From the NCBI GenBank assembly GCA_951406725.2, contig OX597818.1:24924001-24988000 (forward strand): a stretch of 64,000 nt of DNA. The letters run 5' to 3'. The DNA is from Octopus vulgaris (taxonomy: Eukaryota). The translations under genes and the position numbers were made by a program. Position 1 is the stretch's first letter. Each line of letters starts with the position of its first letter. Shown one piece after another: positions 13,290 through 25,231 of this stretch. The notes beneath the pieces were generated by a model that was given only the letters and a program-made list of their open reading frames with translations, made no database searches and was not told the origin of the DNA.

Positions 13290-14790
13290 GGTGTACCTTA
13301 CATTCATCCCAGATTAATGAAATGAAACCAAAAAATCGAAGTGGAGACACAGTGCTAAAAAGGAGTCATAAAAGTATTATGTTGGACAAAAACTTAGCCA
13401 TATTACAAAATCATTAACACTTGCAATGTCTACAATGAGAAAAATACATGACAATGAAGACAAAAATTTGGTCAAGTGCTCAAGCAGCTACTCCGTTAAA
13501 TGCTGGAATATTGTTTTCTGATTAATTTGAGGTGATACCTAAAATAGTGTAGCACCTCAGTGTGGATTAATAATCAGATTAGACTGAACGTTCCATAACA
13601 CATGAGGGTCATTAAGAGACAGCTACAAGTTTGTACAACAATTTTCAGAAAGTAGAAGGTACAACTTCTGCTGCTAAACCTTTTATTCCTTGTAAAGATT
13701 GGTTTGAAAGGTATTTAAGATGCCTAAATTGTGCAAAATTAAAATGACAGGTGCAGCTGCAAGTATTGATACAACAACTGCTTTGTTTATTCTGAACTGA
13801 AGAAATTACTGAATGAAGTTATACACACAAACTAGTTTTACAATGCTGATGAATCTGGACTTTCTGAGAAGCACATATCTACTTGGACTTTAATTTCTGG
13901 TAAGGAAAAATTAGCATAAAGCTTCAAGTTTTTCAAAAATATCTTGATGCCTCTTGTAGGGGTATGTGCTGCCAGTGATTTGAAATAAAAGCCACTACTT
14001 GTGTATCATTCCCAAATTCCAAGGGCTTTCAAGAGTAATGTTAAGTTTAATTTACTTGTAATTTGACATTCATGTAAGAAGGCTTGGATGGCTATGAAAG
14101 TGTTCAAGTTCACCAGTTTATTTTCTTTCTCTACTGTAGAAAGCTGCAGTGCCAAGCATAATATTTCCAACAAAGTATTACTCATTTTAGACAATATACC
14201 AAAGCTATTTAGTGAGGTTAAATGAGACAGTGAAAGTGGAATATATCTCCAGGAACCCAGCAGTTTTGCTCCATCCAATGTGTGACAGCTAACTTCAAAG
14301 TATATCATCTGAGATGAACTTCGAAACAACTCACAAAAACAATTGATGAAAGGATAAACATTTATAATAAGAAACTTCTTTAAAATGTTCATTATTATAA
14401 GATGCAGTAGACAACATAGCTATGGCCTGACTTTACCTGTGACTTTATGAATTTTTTCCCTACAGAATGTCAGCATCAACTTCAGCATAGTATTGCAGCA
14501 CAGGGAAATGATAATAAGTTAAGGTTGGGGAACTTGAGTCTCATTAAGAAAATTTGTCTAATTTAGAAGCTGATATTCCTAGAACAAGAACAAGACACGA
14601 AACAAGAAGAGGATATAGACATTCCACCCACTCTACATCAGTGACTACAAAGAACATGGTTAATGAGTTGGCACTTACAGAGGAAGGTCAGTAAGTCTCT
14701 GCTAACAATGACCTTAATTGGGGACATGACATTACAAAAAGAGTTTTCTTTTCAAAAATTTTGATCAGACATATCTGAATTTATAATGTG
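13290..14790 (+). mobile_element. Degenerate pogo/Tigger transposon (CENP-B HTH + DDE_1)
   Basis: Fragments DWFERY and KPLLVYHSQIPRAFK..LLVI.HSCKKAWM..LLILDN, with many stops. Confidence 0.75.
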
Positions 14791-15339
14791 GAAATTAAAG
14801 AAAAATGGATTTAGTGCCATGGAAAGATTTTCAGCAATGCAGAATTTAATACCTGGAGGTACACACACACACACACACACACATGCAGACGCACACACAC
14901 ACACAAAAATGATAATGATGACAAGATCATTATCATTATTATTTTAATGTCCACTTTTCTATGCTTACATGGAGCAAATAGAATTTGTTGAAGTAGATTC
15001 TCTTTGGCTGGATACCATTCCTGTTGCCAACAAATTAGATATTTCCCTGTGGCCAGACAAGTTTCACAGAAAATTGGAAGTGAAGGACACTACCAGTATG
15101 ATGATAATGCTCACTTACAACTATCCTGTTATATCAAGACAAAGTGAGACTGCCCTCTCCCTACACACACACACACACACACACCCAACCACTCAAACAA
15201 GACAAAAAACAAACACACACACACACACATAAATGTGAATAGCATCTTTCAGATTTCTGTGAACCAAATGATGATTTTTACATATATGCATATACATATA
15301 TCACCTGTAGCAACCAGACTATTCAATGTTGTTATACAC

Positions 15340-15775
15340 AACTGGTCACAATGCACTTCCAATTCCTTTTTTTGATTGCACCGTTCTTTTCCATTTTGGC
15401 CCAAATTGTCTTACTAAATCATTTTCCCATCATTAAAGGAGGCCTTCTGTGTGGCCTTTTCTATTTTCTTGGAGACCACTCAGCAACTGCATAGGCCCAT
15501 CTGTGTTCACTCTGCTTTTTTCTCAAATCATCTTATTTTGGATAAACTCTTGCAATGATATTCCTGGTATGGATCTTTCCAAGGCCCTTTGTGTCATAAT
15601 ATAGCCAATCAATATTCTTCTCTCTTTGTTGTAGCCCATGTCTCAATTGCTTACAAGCGTGCAAGTAGAACAGCACTAATGAAGAGATTGGCATGAAGGG
15701 TTTTGTCCAGCTTTGCTTCGGTAAATACCTTCTGCCCTGCCCTTATTCTTCTTGAGATTTCAGCATTTATCTCTT
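15340..15775 (-). mobile_element. RTE-type LINE 3' fragment (different subfamily)
   Basis: Minus translation EISRRIRAG..F...LF...VL......ETW. Confidence 0.6.
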
Positions 15776-16546
15776 GACACATTTACTTTGTGCCCCAAAT
15801 AAATGTACTTCATTACCTCCTCTATTTCATTACTTCCCATCTTTCTTCAACCTTGTGCTACATCATATATATGTATGTATGCATACACACACACACATAG
15901 ATATGTATACACAACTTTATTCCTCACCACACATACACTCTCACATCCTCACATACATGCTTTCACACTCCATACCTAAAAATGATATAGACACTCTTAT
16001 CTCCACTTACCAATGCCACCATACTTCCACACTTCCACAGGGATATACACATACGAAGACTATGCTCACACGGCTACACACATGTTAACACCACTGCTCC
16101 TTATACTCACTTCCAGACACATATAAGCATCTACACACCTGCCCCTTCCTTGCATCTTAGCTCCATACATAGAACAGCATTCTTCCCCAGTTTCTAACTC
16201 ATGATCTTTCTCCTATGTTCTTTTGTCCCCTCAATTTTTTCCTATTTCTCCCTCCCTCACTTTTCTGATTTGTCTTTTTACTCTCTTCTTTCTTCATGAC
16301 AGACTAACATCTAAAAATTTAAGATTGTCTCTTTCTCTCTCTCCCCTCCCCCTCTCTCTCTTTCTCTGAATCATTAAATTAATATCATATTTGTCAAACT
16401 TTGTCCTTCCTGTGTTGTTCATTTATTGTTTTTATGTATATAATTACAAATACATCTGTACACACACACACACACACATACACTGTGTGTACATACATAA
16501 ATTCATGCTTGGGTTTATGTATGTATGTATGTATGTAAGTATGTTT

Positions 16547-16610
<64 letters not shown>

Positions 16611-16618
16611 ATGTATGG

Positions 16619-17195
16619 ATGATGTGGCTGTAAAACCTTCTCTATGTTAAGCATTTGACTTGTTTGGGCACACTTACATTAAAAAACAATTTTAGAATGA
16701 TTTTTTTCTGTCAAAACGCTAAAAATAATTGACCAACAAAAAACAAATAACAACCAAGATTCAACCAAATCAAAAAATAAACCCTAATACTAACTGAACA
16801 AAGATGAACCATCCCACTTCCATTGCATACGCACACATAAACACACACACACACCCACATTCACATACCCCTTTTACGTACACACACATATTCACACAGA
16901 GTTGAAATGCTGTTTGATTTATTTTTTTCAGCATATAATTTTCATCATCCCACTTCCAAGTATGACATCACCCCTTCCTTCCTTATTCATCTATCACCCC
17001 TTCCTTTCTCATTCATAAATACAAGAGTATTATTATAGTAGATTATCTTGGTAACCATGGGAGCTATGAAAAAATACAAAGCCCAGCAATACCACCGGAT
17101 CATTCTACACATCTGTGTAATTTTTTTTGCACAATTCCACCCAACCATTCAACCATGAATCCCAAGACAAGAAAGAATTGTCCATGTCAAATTTA
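16619..17195 (-). repeat. Helitron-associated repeat, inverted relative to the copies at 19003-19608 and 19703-20130
   Basis: Reverse complement of cttgtcttgggattca..ggtggaattgca..gctcccatggttacc.agataat and the downstream ttagcgttttgacag block. Confidence 0.8.
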
Positions 17196-17317
17196 TATAT
17201 ATATATATATAAATTTGACATGGACAATTCACATGGACATATATATAAAAATAAAACCTCAATAAAAATGATAAAAACGGGAACATAGTGGTATTTCTGG
17301 TACATCTAAAAGAAAAG

Positions 17318-17366
<49 letters not shown>

Positions 17367-17509
17367 TGTATGTATATATGTTTGCGAAGCAGCTTTTCTT
17401 TTAGATGTACCAGAAATACCACTATATATCTTCGGTAAGGCCTTGGCAGTTTGGTTGGAACAAAGTTCCTCAATTCATTTTTATAAATGCTTCTAGATTA
17501 TCACATAGG

Positions 17510-17845
17510 GCCAGGCATAGTTGTATCATTAAGAAGCTTGTTTCCCAACCATGTAGTCTTGGGTTCAGTTCCACTGTGTGGCACCTTGACCAAGTCTCTT
17601 CTACTGTGTGTGTGTTTGTGTGTGTGTGTGCATATATTTATATGTGTGTTTGTGTGTGTGTCCCCCACATTGCTTGAAAACTGGTGTTGCTTTGTTTACA
17701 TCTTCATAATTTAACAGTTGGGTAAAAGAGACTAGTAGAATAAGTACCAAGCTTTAAAAATATAAGTACTAGAGTCAGTTTGTTCAACTAAACTTTTCAA
17801 GGTGGTGTCCCAGCATGGCCATGATCCAATGATTGAAACAAATAT
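17510..17845 (+). mobile_element. Degenerate tRNA-derived SINE (family of 55615-56020)
   Basis: gggttcagttccactgtgtggcaccttg ... ggtggtgtcccagcatggcc...gaaaca. Confidence 0.7.
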
Positions 17846-17889
17846 AAGGTAAAAGGTAAAGGTCTCAACCTTCTGACCAGGATGTGTAC

Positions 17890-18295
17890 TGTTGCTGGTT
17901 TTTATACTGCTTTGTTTATATTGGATGACTTTTGTTTATGCAGATCTTACTACCAGAATCTGACCATTGGAGTTCCACATAATCAAGTGCATTTTTATAC
18001 TGTTTGTGACATATGTATGTATTTTGTTTATATTTGATTTTATCTCTGTTTTTTGACATGAAATCAATACTGATATCAATTATGAAAGCTATACTTATAA
18101 CAAAGCATTAAACTAGAATTAACATACAAACAATATACACATGTCACCAACAAGATAAACACAGTATTAATGATTTGTGAATCCAACAGCCAAAATATTT
18201 GCCCGATTATATAGAATCCTAGTGGTCAAATTCTGATGGTAAAGTCTGTATGAACAAAAGTTGTTCCCTATAAACAAGACAGAACCTGCTGATGA
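17890..18295. repeat. Old degenerate fold-back/MITE-like inverted repeat
   Basis: tttgtttatattggatgacttttgtttatgcaga..accagaatctgaccattgga versus tcctagtggtcaaattctgatggtaaagtctgtatgaacaaaagttgttccctataaacaag. Confidence 0.65.
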
Positions 18296-18881
18296 ACCTG
18301 AGATAGTTTAGAAATGTCAATAAAAATGAATTTACAAACTTCTATTCCAAACAAAATGCAAGGTTCTTATAAAAAGATTTGAAAATAATTTTAAAAACAG
18401 AATAATTTTGAACATGTTTTCAATATAACACATCTGTATGTGAGCACATATGTATGTACAGAGATAGAAAAAAAGAGAGAAAATATGTGTGTGTGTGTGT
18501 GTGTGTGCGTGCATGCATGTGTGTTGTGTGTGTATGTGTAGCAACTCTTAGTAACTTGAACTACTAGGGTACTGAGAGAAGGTCCACCTGAAGAAAGCCA
18601 CTAAGGAGCTGAGAATAGCTCAAGGTGGTTACAGTTGACAAGAGCCTACAAATGGAACCCCTTCTGTAGGTGAAAGCTTATTCACCTCTCACTACTCCAT
18701 TCAGGCAAAGCATGCAGGCAAAAGGGTAAAAACACCCATGACACTGAGATAACAGCCGATGATGTAGAAGGGTTCACAATTGTGCAATTGTTTGATTTAT
18801 ATCATAAAATGAAAGAGTTTTCAACATCTTTAAATAGCTACTGCAGTTTCTGTTCAAGGCAAAGCATCTCTGATGTTATTT

Positions 18882-18921
<40 letters not shown>

Positions 18922-18973
18922 TAGATGTTTTATTCTACATTTATAATTATATATATATATATACACACACACG

Positions 18974-19002
<29 letters not shown>

Positions 19003-19004
<2 letters not shown>

Positions 19005-19608
19005 ATTTGACAAGGGCGTTTCTTTCTTGTCTTGGGATTCATAGTCAAACGGTTGGGTGGAATTGCACAAAAAATTACACAGATGTGTTGAATGATCCAG
19101 TGGTGATGTTGGGCTTTGTATTTAATAGCTCCCATGGTTACCGAGATAATATACTATAATAATACTCTTGTGTTTATGAATGAGAAAGGGAGGGGTGATA
19201 GATGAATAAAGAAGGAGGGGTAACGTCATATTGTTTTCATAGCTTGCATGGTTACTGAGATAATCTATTATAATAATATTCTTGGTTTATGAATGAGAAA
19301 CAAAGGGGTGATAGATGAATAAGAAAAGAAGGGGTGATGTCATACTGGCTGTGTGTGTATGTAAAAGGGGGGTATGTGAATGTGTGTGTGTGCGTGTGCA
19401 CATGCAATGGAAGTGGGATGCTTCATCTTTGTTCACTTAGTATTTGGGTTTATTTTTTGATTTGGTTGAATCTTGGTTGTTCTATTTTTGTTGGTCAGTT
19501 ATTTTTAGCGTTTTGACAGGAAAAAGTCATTCTAAAATTGATTTTTAATGTAAGCATGCCCAAAAAAGTCGAATGCTTACACAGAGCAGGTTTTATAGCC
19601 ACATCATC
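19003..19608 (+). repeat. Helitron-associated repeat, copy 2
   Basis: Shares long blocks with 19703-20130 and, inverted, with 16619-17195. Confidence 0.75.
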
Positions 19609-19702
19609 AGATGAAACCAGGCTTAGCTGCCAGTATATATATATATATATATATATAAAACAGGCTTAGCTGCCAGTATGTATATATATATATATATACA
19701 TA

Positions 19703-20804
19703 TAATTTGATATGGGCGATTCTTTCTTGTATATTTTCTTGTCTTGGGATTCACAGTCAAATGGCTGGGTGGAATTGCATGAAAAATTACACTGATGTGA
19801 AGAATGATTCAGTGGTGTTGCTGGGCTTTGTATTTTTTCCATCGCTCCCATGGTTACCGAGATAATCTTCTATGATAATACTCTTGTGTTTATGAATGAG
19901 AAAGGAATAGGTGATAGATGAATAAGGAAGGAATGGGTGATGTCATACTTAGTAGTGGGATGATGAAAATTGTATGCTGAAAAAATAAATCAAACAGCAT
20001 TTCAACTCTGTGTGAATATATGTATGCGTTTTAAAAGAGGATATGTGAATGTGTGTGTGTCTGCATACATGTGTGTTTGTGTGTGGTTGTGTGTGCATTT
20101 GTGTGTGTGCACGCAATGGAAGTGGGATGGTGAATATTCAATGCTGAAAAGAAAAATCAAACAGTGTTTCAAATCTGTGTATTTGGTATTTACTTGGCAG
20201 CTCCCGTATTTAGTCCTGGCCAGCTTTATGTGGCCTTAAGTCGGACAAGAAGGAAGGAAAACTTGAAAATACTTTTGAAGGAAAAAAGCAGTCAAAGGAT
20301 GTTAGCTGCGGATAGATTTTTTCACAATAAATCTCTCTCTATATAAACGGCAGTTTGTCTGTGTGTCTGTTAGGTTGTACCCTCACCCTGACCACGGCTT
20401 TCAACTGATTCTGATGGAACTTGACACACACATAGCCCAATGTCATAATTCAAAACTAACGCAGCGAAAATTTTGAAAAGTTCCCCCAGTTCTGAAAAAG
20501 ATCGATAAATTCGACATGGGGTCGACAATCAGAAACACAAACCACAGATGGTCTAGGGGACGCAACTCGACCTTTTTAACTCTCAAAAAAATTTACCATA
20601 ATTTTTTTCCCATTTTTTTGCTATTTTTTGGCTATAACTCTCTAAAAATGCTTTATAGTTATTTCCCTTACAAACCCGAGCAACGCCGGGCGATACTGCT
20701 AGTTTAGTAATAAAAGAATATTAAACCTAAATCTTGATTTTGTACCTTATTTATATATAAAATAGTACAATTAGCCGTTATTTTTGATGGCACGGGCCCA
20801 GCTA

Positions 20805-20805
<1 letters not shown>
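19703..20805 (+). mobile_element. Helitron relic retaining the PIF1-helicase C-terminus and the 3' terminus
   Basis: GIYLAAPVFSPGQLYVALSR..LKIL (helicase motif VI region) followed by TINLVIKE; imperfect hairpin gccgtta..gatggc and CTAG|T at 20802-20806. Confidence 0.8.
20332..20702 (+). mobile_element. Complete non-autonomous Helitron nested in the Helitron relic
   Basis: A|TC start, subterminal hairpin cccg-agcaacgc-cggg (20675-20690), CTAG|T end, no TSD. Confidence 0.88.
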
Positions 20806-20847
<42 letters not shown>

Positions 20848-21102
20848 TATCATGTGATTGACCAGGCTATTAGTTGCTGAAGTGCATTGTTTTAGCTTTT
20901 GAATGCAGGCCGACATTCTTCCTGATTGGAGGATTAGTTCACCACAAGCTTACCCATTTACAGCTCAATGAACCAGCACAATGTGAAATGAGGTCTTTTG
21001 GTCCAGAACACAATGCACTGCTTGGTCTGGGAATTGAACCCCTGATGTAGTGATTGTGAGTGCAACACCCTAAGCACCAGGCCAAATGCCTTCACATGTA
21101 TG

Positions 21103-21137
<35 letters not shown>

Positions 21138-21139
<2 letters not shown>

Positions 21140-21438
21140 CCGTGATCACCATGACCGACCATCAGATGTTGCTACACATCGCTGGTCACAATGCGCTTCA
21201 CATTGTTTTAGCCTTCAAATGACCCCATTCCGCTGGCTAAGCGAGCAGGCCAACAGAAGAAAGAGATAAAGTTGTGGTGAAAGAGTACAGCAGGGACCGC
21301 CACCACCACCTGCCGGAACCTCGTGGAGCTTTAAGTGTTTTCGCTCAATAAACACTCACAACGCCCGGTCTGGGAATCGAGAGCGCAATCCTACAACTGC
21401 GAGTCCGCTGTCCTAACCACTGGGCCATTGCGCCTCCA
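21138..21438 (-). mobile_element. tRNA-derived SINE (family of 38467-38981)
   Basis: Minus strand reads ggaggcgcaatggcccagtggttaggacagcggactcgcag...tcgattcccagaccgggcg, with A and B boxes. Confidence 0.8.
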
Positions 21439-21640
21439 CATATATCCATATATATATATATGTATGTATATGTATATGCCTAACAATGGAAGAATATACA
21501 CATACATATATATATATATAATTATATTTTTATAATAAAGGAATATCAATTCCAGCGTCACAGGGATGAGATATTCAAGTCAAAAATATTAAGTCGAATT
21601 ATTCTCAATAAATAAATACATATATATCAAAGTATCATTA

Positions 21641-22339
21641 GAGACAGAAATCTCCATAAATTCATCAAATCAGAATATAAATTCAACCATGTCATAGAAT
21701 ATTATATTTAATACTTACTATTCATGTTCAAATGAAGATATGAAAAGATATAAAAAAATATATATCTTTTCATATCTTCATTCGTATTTTTCGCGTAACA
21801 TTTACCTGAATTTTTGTCATTCATATTAGTTCCCATTTGTTTCTTAATCATCCTCTTCATTTAGATATATATCTTTTTAATTTTTATTCTTATAATTTTA
21901 TATTTTCTTCTCATTAGTATATATTTTTTCTGCATTCGTATACATTTTTCATTTATATATATATTTTTTAGGCATAATTCACATTTAATTCTTAATTAAT
22001 TATGACTTAAACTGCAGGGTTCAGTGAATTTATTTACACATCTATATGTTTTGACATACTAGGAATTTAGTTATAAATCTGTATAGTTTGATATACCTGT
22101 AAGTTGAAATATATAATGATAGACAAAATTATAAACGGGGGATAGGTGGACCTGAAGATTGGAGTTGTATATAAGGGGAGATTCTGTAAGAGACTGTGTG
22201 TCTCAAGAACATAGTATACACCTCATGAAACATGTGTAGTCAACAACTTTGAACATGAATAGTAAGTATCAAATATAATATTCTATGACATGGTTGAATT
22301 TATATTCTGATTTGATGAATTTATGGGGATTTCTGTCTC
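21641..22339. mobile_element. Penelope-like pseudo-LTR in inverted arrangement
   Basis: 92-bp inverted arms (21641-21732 and 22248-22339, 2 mismatches) enclosing a hammerhead motif. Confidence 0.6.
22146..22244 (+). ncRNA. Type I hammerhead ribozyme, Penelope-type (extended stem II, minimal stem III)
   Basis: gtggac-CTGAAGA-ttggagttgtata...tatacacctcat-GAAAC-atgt-GTA-gtcaac. Confidence 0.65.
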
Positions 22340-22340
22340 C

Positions 22341-23200
22341 ATAAGAGGAGAATTTAAAACTGGTTACTTGTGTGAGCTTCTCTATGTTAATGCCCTTATT
22401 CTTATAGCTGAATCTATAGTAGAATTAGAGAAGAACTTTCAGGTGTGGAAACAAGAACTGGAATTAAAGGGCCTTAGAGTTAGTTTAGCAAAGACTAATG
22501 TACTAGTAACCAGCAAAGCAGACAAATTACTAATCTCTTTAGGGAAATGACCTGGAGGCGGAAATTCCATATGGTGCACCCAGTGCAAGCTATGGACATA
22601 GAGATGCAATAGAATCACAGGAAGGTTAACAAAGTGTTGGATGTGCAGGAACAATAAATACTAAGAACGCACAGAAATAGATTTCTTCCAATGCCTGGGG
22701 GATCCTTGGAGGTAGAAGATAGTTTTCATTATCTCGGTGACCAAATTAGCAGCAGAGGAAGATGTTCTGAAAGCATAGTTGTTAGAATTAGAACTGGCTG
22801 GGCAAAGTTCAGTGAAATGTGGGCTGTGACTTAAGAAGACATGTGAAAGCTTGAAAGAAATGAAGCCACTGGCTCCATTTGATGTACAATGTCAGTGTAC
22901 ATGTATTACAAAGTCTAAATATGTTGAGAGAAAAATTGCGTCTAAGAATCATCAGTTGTATTGTGCAAGAGAGAAGATTATTGCTGGTATGATCATGTGA
23001 TGCATGTGGATAGGGACAGCTGCATAAAGAAAGCTGATCTTTAAATGTGGAGAGAACTTGTGGAACAGGAAGACCCATGAAGAAGTGTGATGAAGTGGTG
23101 AAAAATAATCTTCAGATGTTGAGCCACATAGAAGACATGACAAAGGACTGAGATGACTGGCAATTTACTGTGCTTGAGAAGACACACTCAACTAAGTAAA
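22341..23200 (+). mobile_element. Degenerate RTE 3' half
   Basis: EFKTGYLCELLY.NALILIAES..FQVWK..LE.KGLRV.LAKT and the remains of CTQCKLWT..RC. Confidence 0.85.
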
Positions 23201-25178
23201 ACTGAGGCCATAAAGGCATGTAATTTATGTCCACTCCCTTGCATACAAATCTGTTCCTGACAAATCTCTCATCCTCAATCAATGTTTCAAACACCTTTGG
23301 TCCCACCATGAAAGAAGTGTTTGTATTTCCCTCCCATCTATTTCCATTCTCTCTTCACACCCTTGCAAACCTACTTGCATACAATGTGCCCCTGTTGAAT
23401 CTCTTCCTCACAACATATCCTCCTAACACCCTTTCCTTCTATTTGTGTCCACTCACAACATTTCTTCCCCTTCATCTCTCATTATCACAAATTTACCCAC
23501 CCACTCACCCTATCCAACTCTGGGTGAGTTATTTGACGACCTTACTGCTGCTGGTACCATGTTATATGTACCTAAAACATAATACATAAAACTATGTATT
23601 TACAACATCAATTATGTATATATTTTTGTATAGCATCATCATCATTACCATTAACATCATTATTTCACTTCTACTTTCCATGCAAGCTTGGTTTGGATGT
23701 TTTGACAGGATCCAATAGTTGAAAGATCAATGTAGCTCCATTATGTCAATTTTGGCTTGGTTACTGTGGTGATATGCCTTTCCTAATGCTAGTTATATTA
23801 CATAGTGTACTGAGTGCTATTTTTTTCATATCACTAGCACTGGTTAGGGTACCATGTATTTTGTAAGACTAAAAAGCCTCTTCTACTGAGTAGGAGTGTA
23901 GTAGAGAGGGAAGTGAATTTACGATAGGTGTTTAGAGGTTGATATAATGATTGAAATGACAGGAGCATGTTTGGTGTTGTGGAAGAGATATGTGGCTACC
24001 CCACATAACATAAGGTTGGATGGGAGTAATTGAGATACAGCCAAAAAGAAAAATAAAGATAGAGATGTCTGAGCATACAACCAAGAAACAAGAACACGAA
24101 GAAAAGAGATTGTTGGAATAAATCTGGATGAGTAGGGGAGTAAAAGTTGTAAGAGTGTAGGGTAAGAATGAGAGAAGGTTTTTATAAGGAATAAGGGGGG
24201 CATGTAGTGAATGATGAACTAGGGTGGAGAAGCAATTCATAGTAAATATGAGTGAATTAAATAAGAAGGAAGGATGGGTCTTAATAGAAGTTGCTCAGGG
24301 GAGAGGAAGTGATGGCTGGCAGTACAGAAAGTGTGAAGGGCAGCAGAATAATACAGTAAAAATGGAAGGCTTTTTATGCTGGCATGGATTAGACAGCTCA
24401 ATAGAATTCAGTGAGTTGGAGGGTCAATTTTTGCTGCAATGTCTCAGTTTTGACATGATTTCTATGGTTATATGCTTTTTTTTTCACGGCACAAGAACTA
24501 GTGAAATTATTTGCTATCTATGTTAACTTGAAAGATTAAAGAACCTCTATGACTGAAAGAGAAAATAGGAGAGAGGGTGGTATCTTTAGGCAAAGTATTA
24601 TGAAGTTAAAATTATGATAGTAGAAACAGGGTTATTGTTAGCGGAAGATGTTACTGGAAAGACTAGCAGAAACTGTAAGAGAGGGAAGTAATGGGAAAAA
24701 AAAGAGAAACAATTGTGTTAGGAGACATTAATGAGCCGCAGAGAGTGAGGAGGACAGTTGGGTGGTTTGATTCAGAGCTAACCATAACTGCACATTATAT
24801 GTGGATGGATGGAGAATGAGAAATAAAGATGATAGTGATGAGGAGCCAGAACATACTCTCAAGGTTCAAGAGGGTGAATAAAAGAGAGCATGGTCATAGA
24901 AGAATCAGGAAGATATATGTGTATGTGTGTGTAGGGATGAATACATATATGTATGTACATGTGTTCATATGTATGAATACACTCACACACACACAAGCAT
25001 ACAGATGTGGATATAGATATGTAGATGCAGATATATTGATATCCCTATATATGTGTGTGTGTGTGTGTGAGATATTTTCTGTTTGTTGTCTTTTTATTTA
25101 ATCCTGAAAAAAATATATATCAAAATAAAGAATTATTAATAAGGGATTGTATAAAATCCATTATATTTGTGTATTGTT

Positions 25179-25222
<44 letters not shown>

Positions 25223-25231
25223 TATGTAGGA

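Noticed and set aside
16285-16330. Hammerhead-like relic after a pyrimidine-rich tract
   Set aside because: Both core boxes are altered, so it cannot be distinguished from chance
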